DNA of 64,000 nucleotides, taken from a virus. The DNA lies in IMG/VR virus record IMGVR_UViG_3300045970_000046, positions 1 to 64,000 of that record; one strand, given 5' to 3'. The position numbers and the translations under genes are program-made. The notes under the pieces are model-generated. The model was not told the origin of the DNA and did no database searches. It worked only from the letters and a program-made list of their open reading frames with translations. Every line of letters begins with the position of its first letter. Position 1 is the stretch's first letter. Shown piece after piece: positions 26,501 through 36,321 of this stretch.

Positions 26501-28612
26501 TTGTCCCGTTTCGATAGCATTGGGATGTTCTGGGAAGATGTTCGTGTCCGTAAACGTGGAGAAAGGGCCCCAAGACAGCTAGCAGAGATTCCTACAACGA
26601 ACTGGAAGCATCCCACCGAATTTCCCAATCTATCGGCAGCGCCTGCTATTTCGTTTGACTTGGAGACTTATGACCCGGAGCTACAAGATCATGGGCCCGG
26701 ATGGGGTAGAGGAAGAGGTCACATCGTCGGGTTTTCTGTCGCTGTCGAAGGTGGACATCGATGGTACTACCCTATTCGACACACAGTTAGGCCGGAAGAA
26801 AATCACCCAAATCCAGAAGGATGCCTCCTCTGGTTACGAGATACACTCGGTCGCGCGTCTCAACCGAAGATTGGGGCGAACCTTCTCTACGACGTTGGTT
26901 GGTGCCGTCAAGAGGGTATTGAGGTCGCTGGTGACCTTGTGGACATCCAATTTGGGGAAGCGCTCTTAGACGATAGGGCCCGCGTTAACTTAGATGCGAT
27001 GGCGGGTAAGTGGCTCGGTGAGTCTAAGCAGACCGATCTACTTAAGAAGTGGATCATGGACTCGTACGCACCACCTAAGGACGAGTGGCGTGGTTGTATC
27101 CACAAATCGCCACCGTCGTTGACTGGTCCTTACGGCGAAATGGACGCTGATCTACCCCTACGGATTGCACCTAAGCTTTACGACGCCCTCTGGCGCCACG
27201 GTCTGATTAATCTCTTTAGGATTGAATGTGGTCTAATTCGTATCCTAGTTGAGATGAGGTTCCGTGGTGTCTCGGTAGATGTAAACAAGGCCCAGGAGCT
27301 AAACGATAAACTCGGTATTCGTATCTTGGATGAAACCGCACAGTTACGCGAAGCTACAGGTGTTGATGTCAACGTAAATGCTTCGGCTAGTATAGCTAAG
27401 GTCTTTGATAAGTTAGGTCTTAAGTATCCTAGAACAGCATCTTCGAAACAACACCCGAAGGGTCAACCAAGCTTCCGTAAAGAGTTCTTAGAAACAGTAG
27501 ACCATCCGTCTATTGCCCTGATCCGTAACATCCGCCGTCTACATAAACTCAAAGATACTTTCATCGAGGGGTACATACTCAATGGACACGTCAACGGTAA
27601 GCTTTATTGTTCATTTCATCCTCTCCGAGGAGAGGGTGGAGGTACTATCGTTGGACGGTTCTCGTCCTCCGACCCTAATCTGCAAAATATCCCAATTAGG
27701 GATAAAGAACTTGGTAAACCGATACGTTCGATCTTTAAACCGGACGAAGGTCACAAGCAGTGGCGCAAATACGACTACTCGCAATTCCAGTTTAGGGCGC
27801 TCGTCCACTACGCCCAAGGCCCGGGGGCGGAAGAAGCGCGGATGAAGTATCGTAACGATCCCACAACCGACTATCACAACATGGTTAAGGCGACAGTCGA
27901 CGCCATGACCGGTCAGACGTGGGATCGTAGACCTATCAAGAATCTTAACTTCGGTCTAGCCTTCGGAATGGGTAACGAGAAGGCTGGTCGTTCGACAGGC
28001 CTATCAGGTAAGAAGCTTGTAGAGTTTATTGCCGCGTACCACAAAGCTGTTCCATTCTCTAAACAGACAATGCGTTGGGTCATGGAACTAGCTGAAACCG
28101 ATGGAATGGTTCCAACCATCTTAGGTCGCCAGGCTAAATATGACTTATGGGAGAAAGATGTACCGTGGGGTCAAGGAGAAGAGCTTAATCCCAAGACAGG
28201 GAAGCCTTATCCTCCTCTACCTTACGATTTGGCTATTCGCTCTTATGGGCGCGTTCGCCGAGCTTATCTTCACACGGCCCTAGCCAAACTACTCCAGGGT
28301 ACGGAAGGAGATACAATTAAGTCGGCTATGTATAAGTGCTGGACAGAAGGTGTCTACGCCTATACGGGTGTCCCACGACTAATTGTACACGACGAAGAAG
28401 ACTTCTCCGACCCGGGCGACATTCCAGAAGATGCTTGGTCTCATATGAGGCATATCATGGAAACAGCCCTACCGTTGAAAGTTCCCGTGATGTGTGGGTG
28501 TGACATCGGACCTAACTGGGGTACGACCAAAGAAACGTGCCATACCTGTGGCCACTTCTTAGCGGACGGTGAAGAATTCTTCTGTGTGAACTGTAAACCC
28601 ACGAAACAGTAA
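26501..28612 (+). CDS. polA: family A DNA polymerase with 3'-5' exonuclease
   Basis: DLET, N..YD, Y...D; GRFSSSDPNLQNIP; motif A DYSQFQFR; motif B K..NFG..FG; motif C VHDE. Confidence 0.95.
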   Translation: MSRFDSIGMFWEDVRVRKRGERAPRQLAEIPTTNWKHPTEFPNLSAAPAISFDLETYDPELQDHGPGWGRGRGHIVGFSVAVEGGHRWYYPIRHTVRPEENHPNPEGCLLWLRDTLGRASQPKIGANLLYDVGWCRQEGIEVAGDLVDIQFGEALLDDRARVNLDAMAGKWLGESKQTDLLKKWIMDSYAPPKDEWRGCIHKSPPSLTGPYGEMDADLPLRIAPKLYDALWRHGLINLFRIECGLIRILVEMRFRGVSVDVNKAQELNDKLGIRILDETAQLREATGVDVNVNASASIAKVFDKLGLKYPRTASSKQHPKGQPSFRKEFLETVDHPSIALIRNIRRLHKLKDTFIEGYILNGHVNGKLYCSFHPLRGEGGGTIVGRFSSSDPNLQNIPIRDKELGKPIRSIFKPDEGHKQWRKYDYSQFQFRALVHYAQGPGAEEARMKYRNDPTTDYHNMVKATVDAMTGQTWDRRPIKNLNFGLAFGMGNEKAGRSTGLSGKKLVEFIAAYHKAVPFSKQTMRWVMELAETDGMVPTILGRQAKYDLWEKDVPWGQGEELNPKTGKPYPPLPYDLAIRSYGRVRRAYLHTALAKLLQGTEGDTIKSAMYKCWTEGVYAYTGVPRLIVHDEEDFSDPGDIPEDAWSHMRHIMETALPLKVPVMCGCDIGPNWGTTKETCHTCGHFLADGEEFFCVNCKPTKQ

Positions 28613-28655
28613 CTTAGACACTAAAAACACAACGCGCCGTCGTTTGCCAAACGGT

Positions 28656-29066
28656 TTAATTTAAAGCACTTGTACCAATATAGGGGGTGGATCTTTGGTG
28701 AGGTTCCCAGAAGATCCTTCCCTCAGTTGGAAGTAGGGCCATATAGGCCATAATTAGATTACGGGCTTGTACTTTCGTGCAGCATTTCAGGTATAACCAA
28801 CTTGCAAGATAGCCCGAACATTCTTCTAGGCTGTCCCCCATGGCCACAGATACGGCGTAGGCCTCGGCTTCGGCCTGGAATCGCGCTTCAGGACTAAACA
28901 AATAGCGGAGGCGAAAACGCCATCCGCCATATTGTACTTGATCTAAATGAACCTTTTCGTGCTCTAGTACCCAACTCGGTAGACCGTCTTTCAACCATAT
29001 ATGATTTTTGGTTAAGAACGTACTACCGGCCATTGGCATCCATTCTGGAAGCTTATGTAGTTTCAT
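28656..29066 (-). CDS. HExxH zinc-metallopeptidase-like protein
   Basis: LEHEKVH..Q ... EAEAY. Confidence 0.6.
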   Translation of the reverse strand: MKLHKLPEWMPMAGSTFLTKNHIWLKDGLPSWVLEHEKVHLDQVQYGGWRFRLRYLFSPEARFQAEAEAYAVSVAMGDSLEECSGYLASWLYLKCCTKVQARNLIMAYMALLPTEGRIFWEPHQRSTPYIGTSALN

Positions 29067-29082
29067 TAGGATCCCCCGACCC

Positions 29083-29583
29083 TTACCTAAGTGAACCAAG
29101 TCTATCCCCGATACGTGCACGCCAAGTTTCTAGATCTTTAGTAATAGCTTCCAGACGCTTCAGAGTATCTTCTATAGCTACAAGGCGCGGCCCACGTTCG
29201 GCCATAATCGCATGTAATTCTTTTAGCGAAGCGTTTACGGTCTCGTAGAGAGCTCCAACACCTTCTATTTGAAATAAGGCTACTTCCAAGTTCTTCTTAC
29301 TTTGAAACATCAGTGAACTACCTAATTCCAACCTATCGGCACGTTCTACGTGTTCATGTTTAATAAAGCGCCGTGCCATAGTCCATTCGATAAAAGCTAG
29401 GACTATAAAAGTAATGGCCAAGGCGAGAATAACATCGGTATGTTCGTTTTCTCTACCTAGAAAGACGGCCCCGAAAAGAATGCTACCGGTACTACCCATG
29501 ATAACAGCTACGGGACCACCTAGAGCTAGAATCTTTAATGTACTCAGAGGTACAGCGGCTATAGCCTCTAGATTATACTTCAT
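29083..29583 (-). CDS. membrane protein (2 TM + coiled coil)
   Basis: two hydrophobic segments. Confidence 0.7.
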   Translation of the reverse strand: MKYNLEAIAAVPLSTLKILALGGPVAVIMGSTGSILFGAVFLGRENEHTDVILALAITFIVLAFIEWTMARRFIKHEHVERADRLELGSSLMFQSKKNLEVALFQIEGVGALYETVNASLKELHAIMAERGPRLVAIEDTLKRLEAITKDLETWRARIGDRLGSLR

Positions 29584-29969
29584 TTCTTTAGTTCCTTAAC
29601 GACGGGCTTATCTTCGGGTAACGGGGCACCGATACGTGTGATTAGGATCGTAAGGGCGGTATGCGTATCCTCCGACGTTTCCTGAAGCTTTTCACTAAGT
29701 CTTTCGGTGACGGCTACCTGTTTAGCGAGTGTAACGTTAAACGCCGTAGCCTGCTTGTCCATGACATCTATACTGTAGTTGACAATACGGTAGATGCCGT
29801 ACATTAGGAATAGGGCGAAAAATGTAGGAAGACCAAACCGATCTAGTGTACGATACCAGAGGGGAACGTCATTCCAACGTTTCCACTTACGCTCGTTCGG
29901 TGGCTTCGCCGCGTTAGACAAAAGTTCATACCTTCCGGTTGTAGCCCCTTGCGGTTGCTCGTCGGCCAT
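29580..29969 (-). CDS. single-TM membrane protein (holin/antiholin-like)
   Basis: FGLPTFFALFLMYGIY; GGAGG RBS. Confidence 0.65.
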   Translation of the reverse strand: MADEQPQGATTGRYELLSNAAKPPNERKWKRWNDVPLWYRTLDRFGLPTFFALFLMYGIYRIVNYSIDVMDKQATAFNVTLAKQVAVTERLSEKLQETSEDTHTALTILITRIGAPLPEDKPVVKELKK

Positions 29970-30086
29970 AGCCTTCACCTCCAGGGGATCAAATTAAGTC
30001 AAAAAAAGGGGGGACTAAGACAACCAGTATAACCTCAAGCAGCGACACCCCTAGCGTAATAAAAGATACAATTTAGAGGCTGGGTC

Positions 30087-30317
30087 TTATTTTACCGGCT
30101 CTGGGTTAACAACACTCGGTGGAGCTAACCACCATCCCCTCGAGGCCCGGATTTTACATCTCGTCCAAGAAACATCTTCAGGACCGTGGCACCAGATTTC
30201 TAAGTCGGCATCGCTAGCTATCTGGTGGACCTGACCTTCATCCGGGAGGACGATCCTTTTCGGGCAACCCACGGATAGCAGCACCAACCCGAGCAAACCG
30301 AGCTTTTTGATCTTCAT
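30087..30317 (-). CDS. outer-membrane lipoprotein, o-spanin candidate
   Basis: MKIKK-hydrophobic-LSVGC lipobox in lysis cassette. Confidence 0.7.
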   Translation of the reverse strand: MKIKKLGLLGLVLLSVGCPKRIVLPDEGQVHQIASDADLEIWCHGPEDVSWTRCKIRASRGWWLAPPSVVNPEPVK

Positions 30318-30414
30318 CGGGACGTAACTCCCTTGTTGCAGATTCGTACCTTGCTCGAGTCGTCCAGTAGGCGACCCAAAACGACTCGAACAAGGCAGCG
30401 AAAAATTCGGTCAC
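30238..30414 (-). CDS. 58-aa i-spanin candidate (not in ORF track)
   Basis: GTGA-coupled to holin; hydrophobic N-terminus; overlaps lipoprotein gene. Confidence 0.5.
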   Translation of the reverse strand: MTEFFAALFESFWVAYWTTRARYESATRELRPDEDQKARFARVGAAIRGLPEKDRPPG

Positions 30415-30635
30415 GGGGCAGGGGGAGCAGGAACCTTATTCTGTTCCTTGTAGAACATCAGTAGGCCGCCAACGATAGTGGCCACAGTGCTGATGATCTT
30501 ATTCGGCGACGGGGCATAGACTTCGACGAAGTAGCCCACCACCATAACAACTAATCCGATGAGGGACGACTTGTAAGAGAGGATAATGCGCTGCCAGAGG
30601 GTAAGCATGATGCCTTTGAAACCGGTGTTTTCCAT
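30411..30635 (-). CDS. holin candidate (2 TM)
   Basis: two TM helices; directly follows endolysin. Confidence 0.65.
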   Translation of the reverse strand: MENTGFKGIMLTLWQRIILSYKSSLIGLVVMVVGYFVEVYAPSPNKIISTVATIVGGLLMFYKEQNKVPAPPAP

Positions 30636-30643
30636 GAGGCCTC

Positions 30644-31012
30644 CTATTTAGGGTCAAACTCAATATGGATATGAGGCCCAGTAGACTTACTGGACGGATT
30701 ACGGCTGGGCCGTTCATCAACAACGTCGTATTGTCCACCTCCCGACTTTCCAAGTACAGCATTTATTTGAGCATAGATGACATCTACATCGCGATCCGGT
30801 AGGAGGGATCCATGTAATGTCCTTACGGAAAGATCTATTGCGCAACCTGTACCATGGAGTAGAACTTCATCCCATGTACCATTTCGCACAGCCGAAGTAA
30901 GAATACAGTCATAACCTAACGTCCCATAGGCTGTATCTGCTACCATAAGGGCTACAATCATTTGAGGTTGTATACCCTTAAGATTAACTCCCGGCATGAT
31001 ATGTATACCCAT
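30644..31012 (-). CDS. endolysin, peptidase M15-like
   Basis: LTS..R...H..G.AID...HIHIE. Confidence 0.8.
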   Translation of the reverse strand: MGIHIMPGVNLKGIQPQMIVALMVADTAYGTLGYDCILTSAVRNGTWDEVLLHGTGCAIDLSVRTLHGSLLPDRDVDVIYAQINAVLGKSGGGQYDVVDERPSRNPSSKSTGPHIHIEFDPK

Positions 31013-31036
31013 TGTACTCCTTAGCTTGAAATTAAA

Positions 31037-34000
31037 TTAGGGAAGATCACCAGTATCTACACGCTTGGCGTTGTGACTCAATAGACCATTTGTCTGGTAG
31101 GTTGAGGCTGTTTCAACGGTAATACGGACTACCGGAATTTCACCTACAGATTGTACGCTCGCAACAACGCCCGGTCTGTCGCCATCGATACGCGCCCCCG
31201 GGATCAGATTCTGCACCTCTACCCATCCACCGTCGCTAAACACACGATGGTTACTAGACATCTCTAGTATCCGACCATCTACCAAGGTTAGGCGTGAGGC
31301 TACGTTGGTTTCGTTACTGACGGCGGACACCCGGTTGAACGTACCACCATCTTGTGTTAACCCGTCTGAAAGCTCACGCCAGGTCCAAACAAAGTCACCC
31401 ACCTTAATATCACCCGCGGGTTTATCGTAATGTAGTGGCGAAACGTGAGGTACACCCACGGAGATGGGTACCCACGGGGCAGGGCAGTTACCGCCACCAA
31501 TGGCGCCGCTACCGCCGCCGGGATCAGGAGCAGGAGGCGAATTGTTCCATGAACCGGGAAAACTAGTTCCATCAGTAGCCATTGTCTCGTAATCATCAGC
31601 TGGTCTGTATGAGGAGGTAAGTTGACTCCATATCAACTGAGTATAGTAGCACCCCATAGCTGACTGTCCGAAGGCATTATGTAACGTGACAGTAAGCGCT
31701 GGGTAGCCACCGGTCACATACGGACAGAAGATGGTGAAGTCGGCGATAACATGGTTATTTCCGGAATTATCTGTGTAAGGATCCACAAATTTCCTATCCG
31801 GTAGCGTGACGAAAGCCGATTCCTGCCATTGCAGTGCGGCCTGGGCACCTATACCAGCCGCCGACTGCTGGTATAGGGTGAGAGCGGCGTAACGCATAGC
31901 CTCATAGTTGTCTGACACAGCATTAACCATGAGAACTAAGTATCCTGAGAACATCTTTCTACTAGAGTCCCAGCGGCGACGAGCAATACTTAGATTATAG
32001 ATGTTAGGGGCACCGTTCCGGGCTGCACTCGATAAATCGATATTACCTTTATACCAAACTCGATTGGTACCTCCACCTTCGACGGAGGTACCCCACAAGG
32101 CGTTGATACTACGGAAGAACGAATCGCGTATAGTGTAAGCCCCGATCTTTAAGTTATTCGCCGCAACCTTAATGGCATCGCCCTCCGTAGCGAGCTTAGC
32201 TCCAAAGATGGGATCTCCAACGGCGTACTCGGGGTGCGCGGCGACGTAGGCTGAGTTGGCTTCTTGGTATCCTGTGGTCTTGATTGTATCAGTGGTTATC
32301 ATCCCACCGTTAATCGTAGTCTTTCCGGCCGATAGATATGTCGCCTTATCTAGTGACTTTCCGGCTATAACCTGTAAATCCCCATCAGAAATAGTACCGA
32401 AAACACCAACAGCTATCCAATCTACGTAGATAACGGCTAACATGGAATTACATAGGTCTAACCGTAGACCCTGAATGGTACCACCTGAGATATAATCCGT
32501 ACCGCTAGTAAGAGAGCGCATATCCCAAACGACTGTCACCCATTCGCCGATAGGTGGAGCTGCTACAGTCTTCTGGTTTGTCTCTGTAAAGGTATGCCCT
32601 GCATTTGCAAAGTAGCACGTACCCTGCCATGCACCTGACACAAGCTTTAGTCTAGCTGCCACAATATGGTTGGATGCCGGACTTAGGCTTAGACCCTGTA
32701 GAGTTAGTATCGGATCGGTTGTAAAAGCCGTAAATCGCGTATACGTATTATCGATTGTGGCTATAGCGTTATTACTAGATACCCACCCAGCCGGCAACGT
32801 GGCTGTTGTAAAATCATAGAAACTAGTAGGTTTTACAGTCTGGGAGGCTAGTTGCTGGGCAACTAAAACAGCAGCAGCAGCTCTATCTATAGACGCCTGG
32901 ACTGATTCTTTTGTACGTGGATCTACACTATCGTTTGTAAACTCCGTATTTCCGTCGATACTAATCTTATCTCCGGTTATACGCATACCTTCGGTACTAG
33001 CCTTAATCGAAGCTATAACCTTACCTTCTAGTGGTCCAGTAGAACTAGATGTTACAGGATAGAAATCGAGTTGGTATGTACCGATAGAACCTTCAACGAG
33101 TAAATTACCATCCATCATACGGCGGACATATAAAGCATCCGCGTAGAACGAGGCTCTAGCACTAAGGAGTACGGACTGTATCTCCAATGTAAAGTGAGCC
33201 GTTACAGCACCGCTAGGGGCCGTGGCATGTAGCTGGCGTAGATTCCATCCAGCCTCTGTTAAGGCTAGAATCTCATATGAAACTGTTCCGTTATTAATAA
33301 CTGAATTATCTTTGTCTTTGAAACGGATTGTTAGATTACCGGTACCATTCGTATCTAACCTATAAATTTGAGCCGCGAAATAATAGATCTCACCGGGAGA
33401 GCATGGAATTTTAAGCTCAGGGAAGTCGGACTGTATGTAGACGTTACCGGCGCTTCTAGACATCCATATAGAGCGGACCCAGTTACCAGAGAAAGAAGCC
33501 GCGTCCGCTTTATATCTGGCAGACCACTGAGGCTCCTCGCTTGTCGGTGTATACTCAGAGGGTGGTAGATCTTCACTATTAGCGTTTGGCCACAGGTTAT
33601 CGAAATTGACCAGTGTAAGCTGCTTCGCTGTAATAGAGCCGGCTACAATCTTAGAAGCCGTTATAGAACCATCAACAATAAGACTAGCACCGATACGCCG
33701 TCTAACTAGGATATTCCTAAAGTAAGCTGTTCCAAAACCTCCGGAGGCGTTAATCTGTGTCCAAATGCGGGCATATGTAACGCCAAGTGGAACAACTAAG
33801 CGGCCTGTTAGAAGCTGCTTACCCGTTATAGAAGGGCTACCGGATATACCGCTCCATATACACGAATTATCGGCTACCTTTTCATCGTGGAAGATAAATC
33901 CGACTTGTATTGGATTAGGACAATCTCTGGTATAACCGACGTAATCGATCCAGAACTCATCGCCAGGCTTTACAGAGAACCATTCACCAAGATAGTTATC

Positions 34001-36319
34001 CCGAACCGACTGAGCTATAGCCCAACTACCCGTGGGTAATGAGTTATCTACTAGTGTTTGGGCGTCTACGGCCGTGGCGGCTGTAGAGCTACTTACGGCA
34101 TACGTTGAAGTATCGTGTAGTTCGCCGTTAGGATCGAGGCATAAATTCGTAAAATCTGTTAAGACAAGTTCCCGTGTTGTAATAGAACGGGCTACAAGTT
34201 TTTCTCCTGTAATGGTATCGGCCGCGATACGATCCGCCCCTAGATAACCGGTTGTAATCTGTTCTGCAGCTAGCGTACCTATGTAGCCTACTTGGGCCCC
34301 GAGTGTACCTGTTGTAAGCTTGGAGGCATCAATCGTACCGGCTGTAAAGCTATCGGCATGTAATCTATCCGCGTGAATATACCCGGCTGTAATCTGAGAC
34401 GCGGTTATAGAACCGATATAGGCGACCAAAGCCCCAAGTGAACCGGTGACAATCTTACCAGCATCGATAAGACCGGCCGTTATAGAGGCGGCATTTAGAC
34501 GAGCAGCATCTAGTACACCGACTGTAATATGGGCTGCATCTAAACCGTCTACATTAACCTGAGCGGCCGTAAGGGTGTTCGTGTAGATATAGTCAGAGGC
34601 TATCTGTTCAGCTGTTATCGTATGTGCGGCTAGGTGTCCTGCCGTTACGGTACCTGCCGCAATCAGATTAATCCAACCAGTACCATTCCAAGCCCGGATA
34701 ACTGTAGGACTAACACTAGTATCGTTCCAGATATCACCGCCTGTAGGATTAGACGGTGCTGTAATGCCGGTTGTAATCTTGTTCTCGTTTTGTGTAATCC
34801 ACCCTGTACCGTTCCAAACTTTGAAAAGATTACTACCTCCGGTAGTATCACACCAAATATCACCGTTTTTAGGCGTAGACGGCGCGGTTATACCGGTCGT
34901 AACACCGACACCGGGGGTAACGGCAGGGGTAACCGAGATCCAACCTGTTCCAGATTCGTAACGGTAACAACGGCTATTCTCACTGGCCACAAAGCAGAGG
35001 TCACCGGTAGCTAGACCGGTTAAGGCATCGCGGGCCGTAATGTCTGCGGCGTAGAATGTCTTAGAACCACTAGTTGCGGTACTCGTGGCATTTACCCAAC
35101 GTGAACCAGAAGCCTGTGTACTATCAAAACGATATACTCGGTAGTTATCGTTAGTATCGAACCAGAGGTCACCTGTTAAACGACCAGTTTCACTAGGGGC
35201 ACTATCCTGGTAGAACGTAGATAGACCGCTAACGGTAGTCGTAACATCTACCCATCTAGAACCGGGAGCCTGCAGGGCGTCGAATCTATAAAGACGATTA
35301 TTATTGTCTACATCGAACCAGAGGTCCCCGGTAATACGGCCTTCTTCCGAAGGGGCTGTAGCCGTATAGAAGGTGCTGTTACCCCCGGATGCCGATGTAC
35401 CTGTGGCTAGAACCCACTTAGAACCATCAGGCTGTGTAGCGTCAAAACGGTAGAGTTTGTAGTTATCGTCGGTATCAAACCAGAGATCACCAGTAACACG
35501 GCCAATCTCACTTGGTGCGTCTGGTTGAAAATATGTCCCCGCCTTAGCCGCTGTAAGATTACCGAGAGCTTGAATATCTATACCAGCCTGAGTAGCTTTA
35601 TGATCCGCCTCTTCGGCTAGGAGGGCCGCGTCCTCTGCGGCCTGCTGGGCTAGGCCCGCCAGATTAACGGCGTTAAGTCCAAGGGCATAGGCTAAGGCGG
35701 CATTATTAATCGCTAGGTCCGCTAGGATTTTAGCTTTTTCATAAATAGCGGTAAGTAGGATTTGACGTGTATCGTAAACCGCTGCGAAACGAGCTTCGAA
35801 GGTACTGGCGACAATAATGGTCCGACCAAGTGTAGAATCCCAATTAGTCGGTGAAGTAAGTGTCGCTAGGTAGCTTGTTAGATCGGCTATAGCGGTCTGA
35901 TAGTTAGCTGTTTGGATGGTAAGATTATACGAATTACCTTGAATAAGTAAGCGAGTTTGTTCTCCAATTAACGTATTATAATCTCGGATTACAATCCGTT
36001 TCTCTAGAGGTACTAAAATACCGTCGGCAGCTATAGCTCCTAGTTCATCCTGGGCTAAGGCGGCCTGCTCTGCGGCGTCTATAGCGGCCTGATGGGCTAA
36101 TTGGGCCTTACTTAAAGCTTCAGAGGCATTGCCTAGAGCTAGACCGATATCCCCTACACGAGCAGACATACCGCTAATAGCATGGGCTAACGTCTCGATG
36201 GTACGGCCTGTCCTGGTAGTGACTATACTACCAAGACCAGACTCAGGACCATTGACAACATCGGCTAGGGATTGAGCATCCAACCCCGCGATTTCAAAAG
36301 TATCAGCGGATATAGTCAT
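31037..36319 (-). CDS. tail fibre / receptor-binding protein with C-terminal Hint domain
   Basis: N-term VVNGP...VTTRTGRT.TL anchor; GDLWFD repeats; I.A..I..G.L.A repeats; C-terminal C...HN Hint. Confidence 0.85.
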   Translation of the reverse strand: MTISADTFEIAGLDAQSLADVVNGPESGLGSIVTTRTGRTIETLAHAISGMSARVGDIGLALGNASEALSKAQLAHQAAIDAAEQAALAQDELGAIAADGILVPLEKRIVIRDYNTLIGEQTRLLIQGNSYNLTIQTANYQTAIADLTSYLATLTSPTNWDSTLGRTIIVASTFEARFAAVYDTRQILLTAIYEKAKILADLAINNAALAYALGLNAVNLAGLAQQAAEDAALLAEEADHKATQAGIDIQALGNLTAAKAGTYFQPDAPSEIGRVTGDLWFDTDDNYKLYRFDATQPDGSKWVLATGTSASGGNSTFYTATAPSEEGRITGDLWFDVDNNNRLYRFDALQAPGSRWVDVTTTVSGLSTFYQDSAPSETGRLTGDLWFDTNDNYRVYRFDSTQASGSRWVNATSTATSGSKTFYAADITARDALTGLATGDLCFVASENSRCYRYESGTGWISVTPAVTPGVGVTTGITAPSTPKNGDIWCDTTGGSNLFKVWNGTGWITQNENKITTGITAPSNPTGGDIWNDTSVSPTVIRAWNGTGWINLIAAGTVTAGHLAAHTITAEQIASDYIYTNTLTAAQVNVDGLDAAHITVGVLDAARLNAASITAGLIDAGKIVTGSLGALVAYIGSITASQITAGYIHADRLHADSFTAGTIDASKLTTGTLGAQVGYIGTLAAEQITTGYLGADRIAADTITGEKLVARSITTRELVLTDFTNLCLDPNGELHDTSTYAVSSSTAATAVDAQTLVDNSLPTGSWAIAQSVRDNYLGEWFSVKPGDEFWIDYVGYTRDCPNPIQVGFIFHDEKVADNSCIWSGISGSPSITGKQLLTGRLVVPLGVTYARIWTQINASGGFGTAYFRNILVRRRIGASLIVDGSITASKIVAGSITAKQLTLVNFDNLWPNANSEDLPPSEYTPTSEEPQWSARYKADAASFSGNWVRSIWMSRSAGNVYIQSDFPELKIPCSPGEIYYFAAQIYRLDTNGTGNLTIRFKDKDNSVINNGTVSYEILALTEAGWNLRQLHATAPSGAVTAHFTLEIQSVLLSARASFYADALYVRRMMDGNLLVEGSIGTYQLDFYPVTSSSTGPLEGKVIASIKASTEGMRITGDKISIDGNTEFTNDSVDPRTKESVQASIDRAAAAVLVAQQLASQTVKPTSFYDFTTATLPAGWVSSNNAIATIDNTYTRFTAFTTDPILTLQGLSLSPASNHIVAARLKLVSGAWQGTCYFANAGHTFTETNQKTVAAPPIGEWVTVVWDMRSLTSGTDYISGGTIQGLRLDLCNSMLAVIYVDWIAVGVFGTISDGDLQVIAGKSLDKATYLSAGKTTINGGMITTDTIKTTGYQEANSAYVAAHPEYAVGDPIFGAKLATEGDAIKVAANNLKIGAYTIRDSFFRSINALWGTSVEGGGTNRVWYKGNIDLSSAARNGAPNIYNLSIARRRWDSSRKMFSGYLVLMVNAVSDNYEAMRYAALTLYQQSAAGIGAQAALQWQESAFVTLPDRKFVDPYTDNSGNNHVIADFTIFCPYVTGGYPALTVTLHNAFGQSAMGCYYTQLIWSQLTSSYRPADDYETMATDGTSFPGSWNNSPPAPDPGGGSGAIGGGNCPAPWVPISVGVPHVSPLHYDKPAGDIKVGDFVWTWRELSDGLTQDGGTFNRVSAVSNETNVASRLTLVDGRILEMSSNHRVFSDGGWVEVQNLIPGARIDGDRPGVVASVQSVGEIPVVRITVETASTYQTNGLLSHNAKRVDTGDLP

Positions 36320-36321
36320 AG

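Noticed and set aside
30001-30013. A7G6 homopolymer as a phase-variation or terminator signal
   Set aside because: No convincing hairpin or promoter register could be assigned
31070-31486. Classical splicing intein
   Set aside because: No endonuclease domain, +1 residue is Ala, and the C-extein is only 10 aa
34600-35560. DGR or invertible cassette in the tail fibre repeats
   Set aside because: Repeats are degenerate in-frame protein repeats; no reverse transcriptase or invertase in the window
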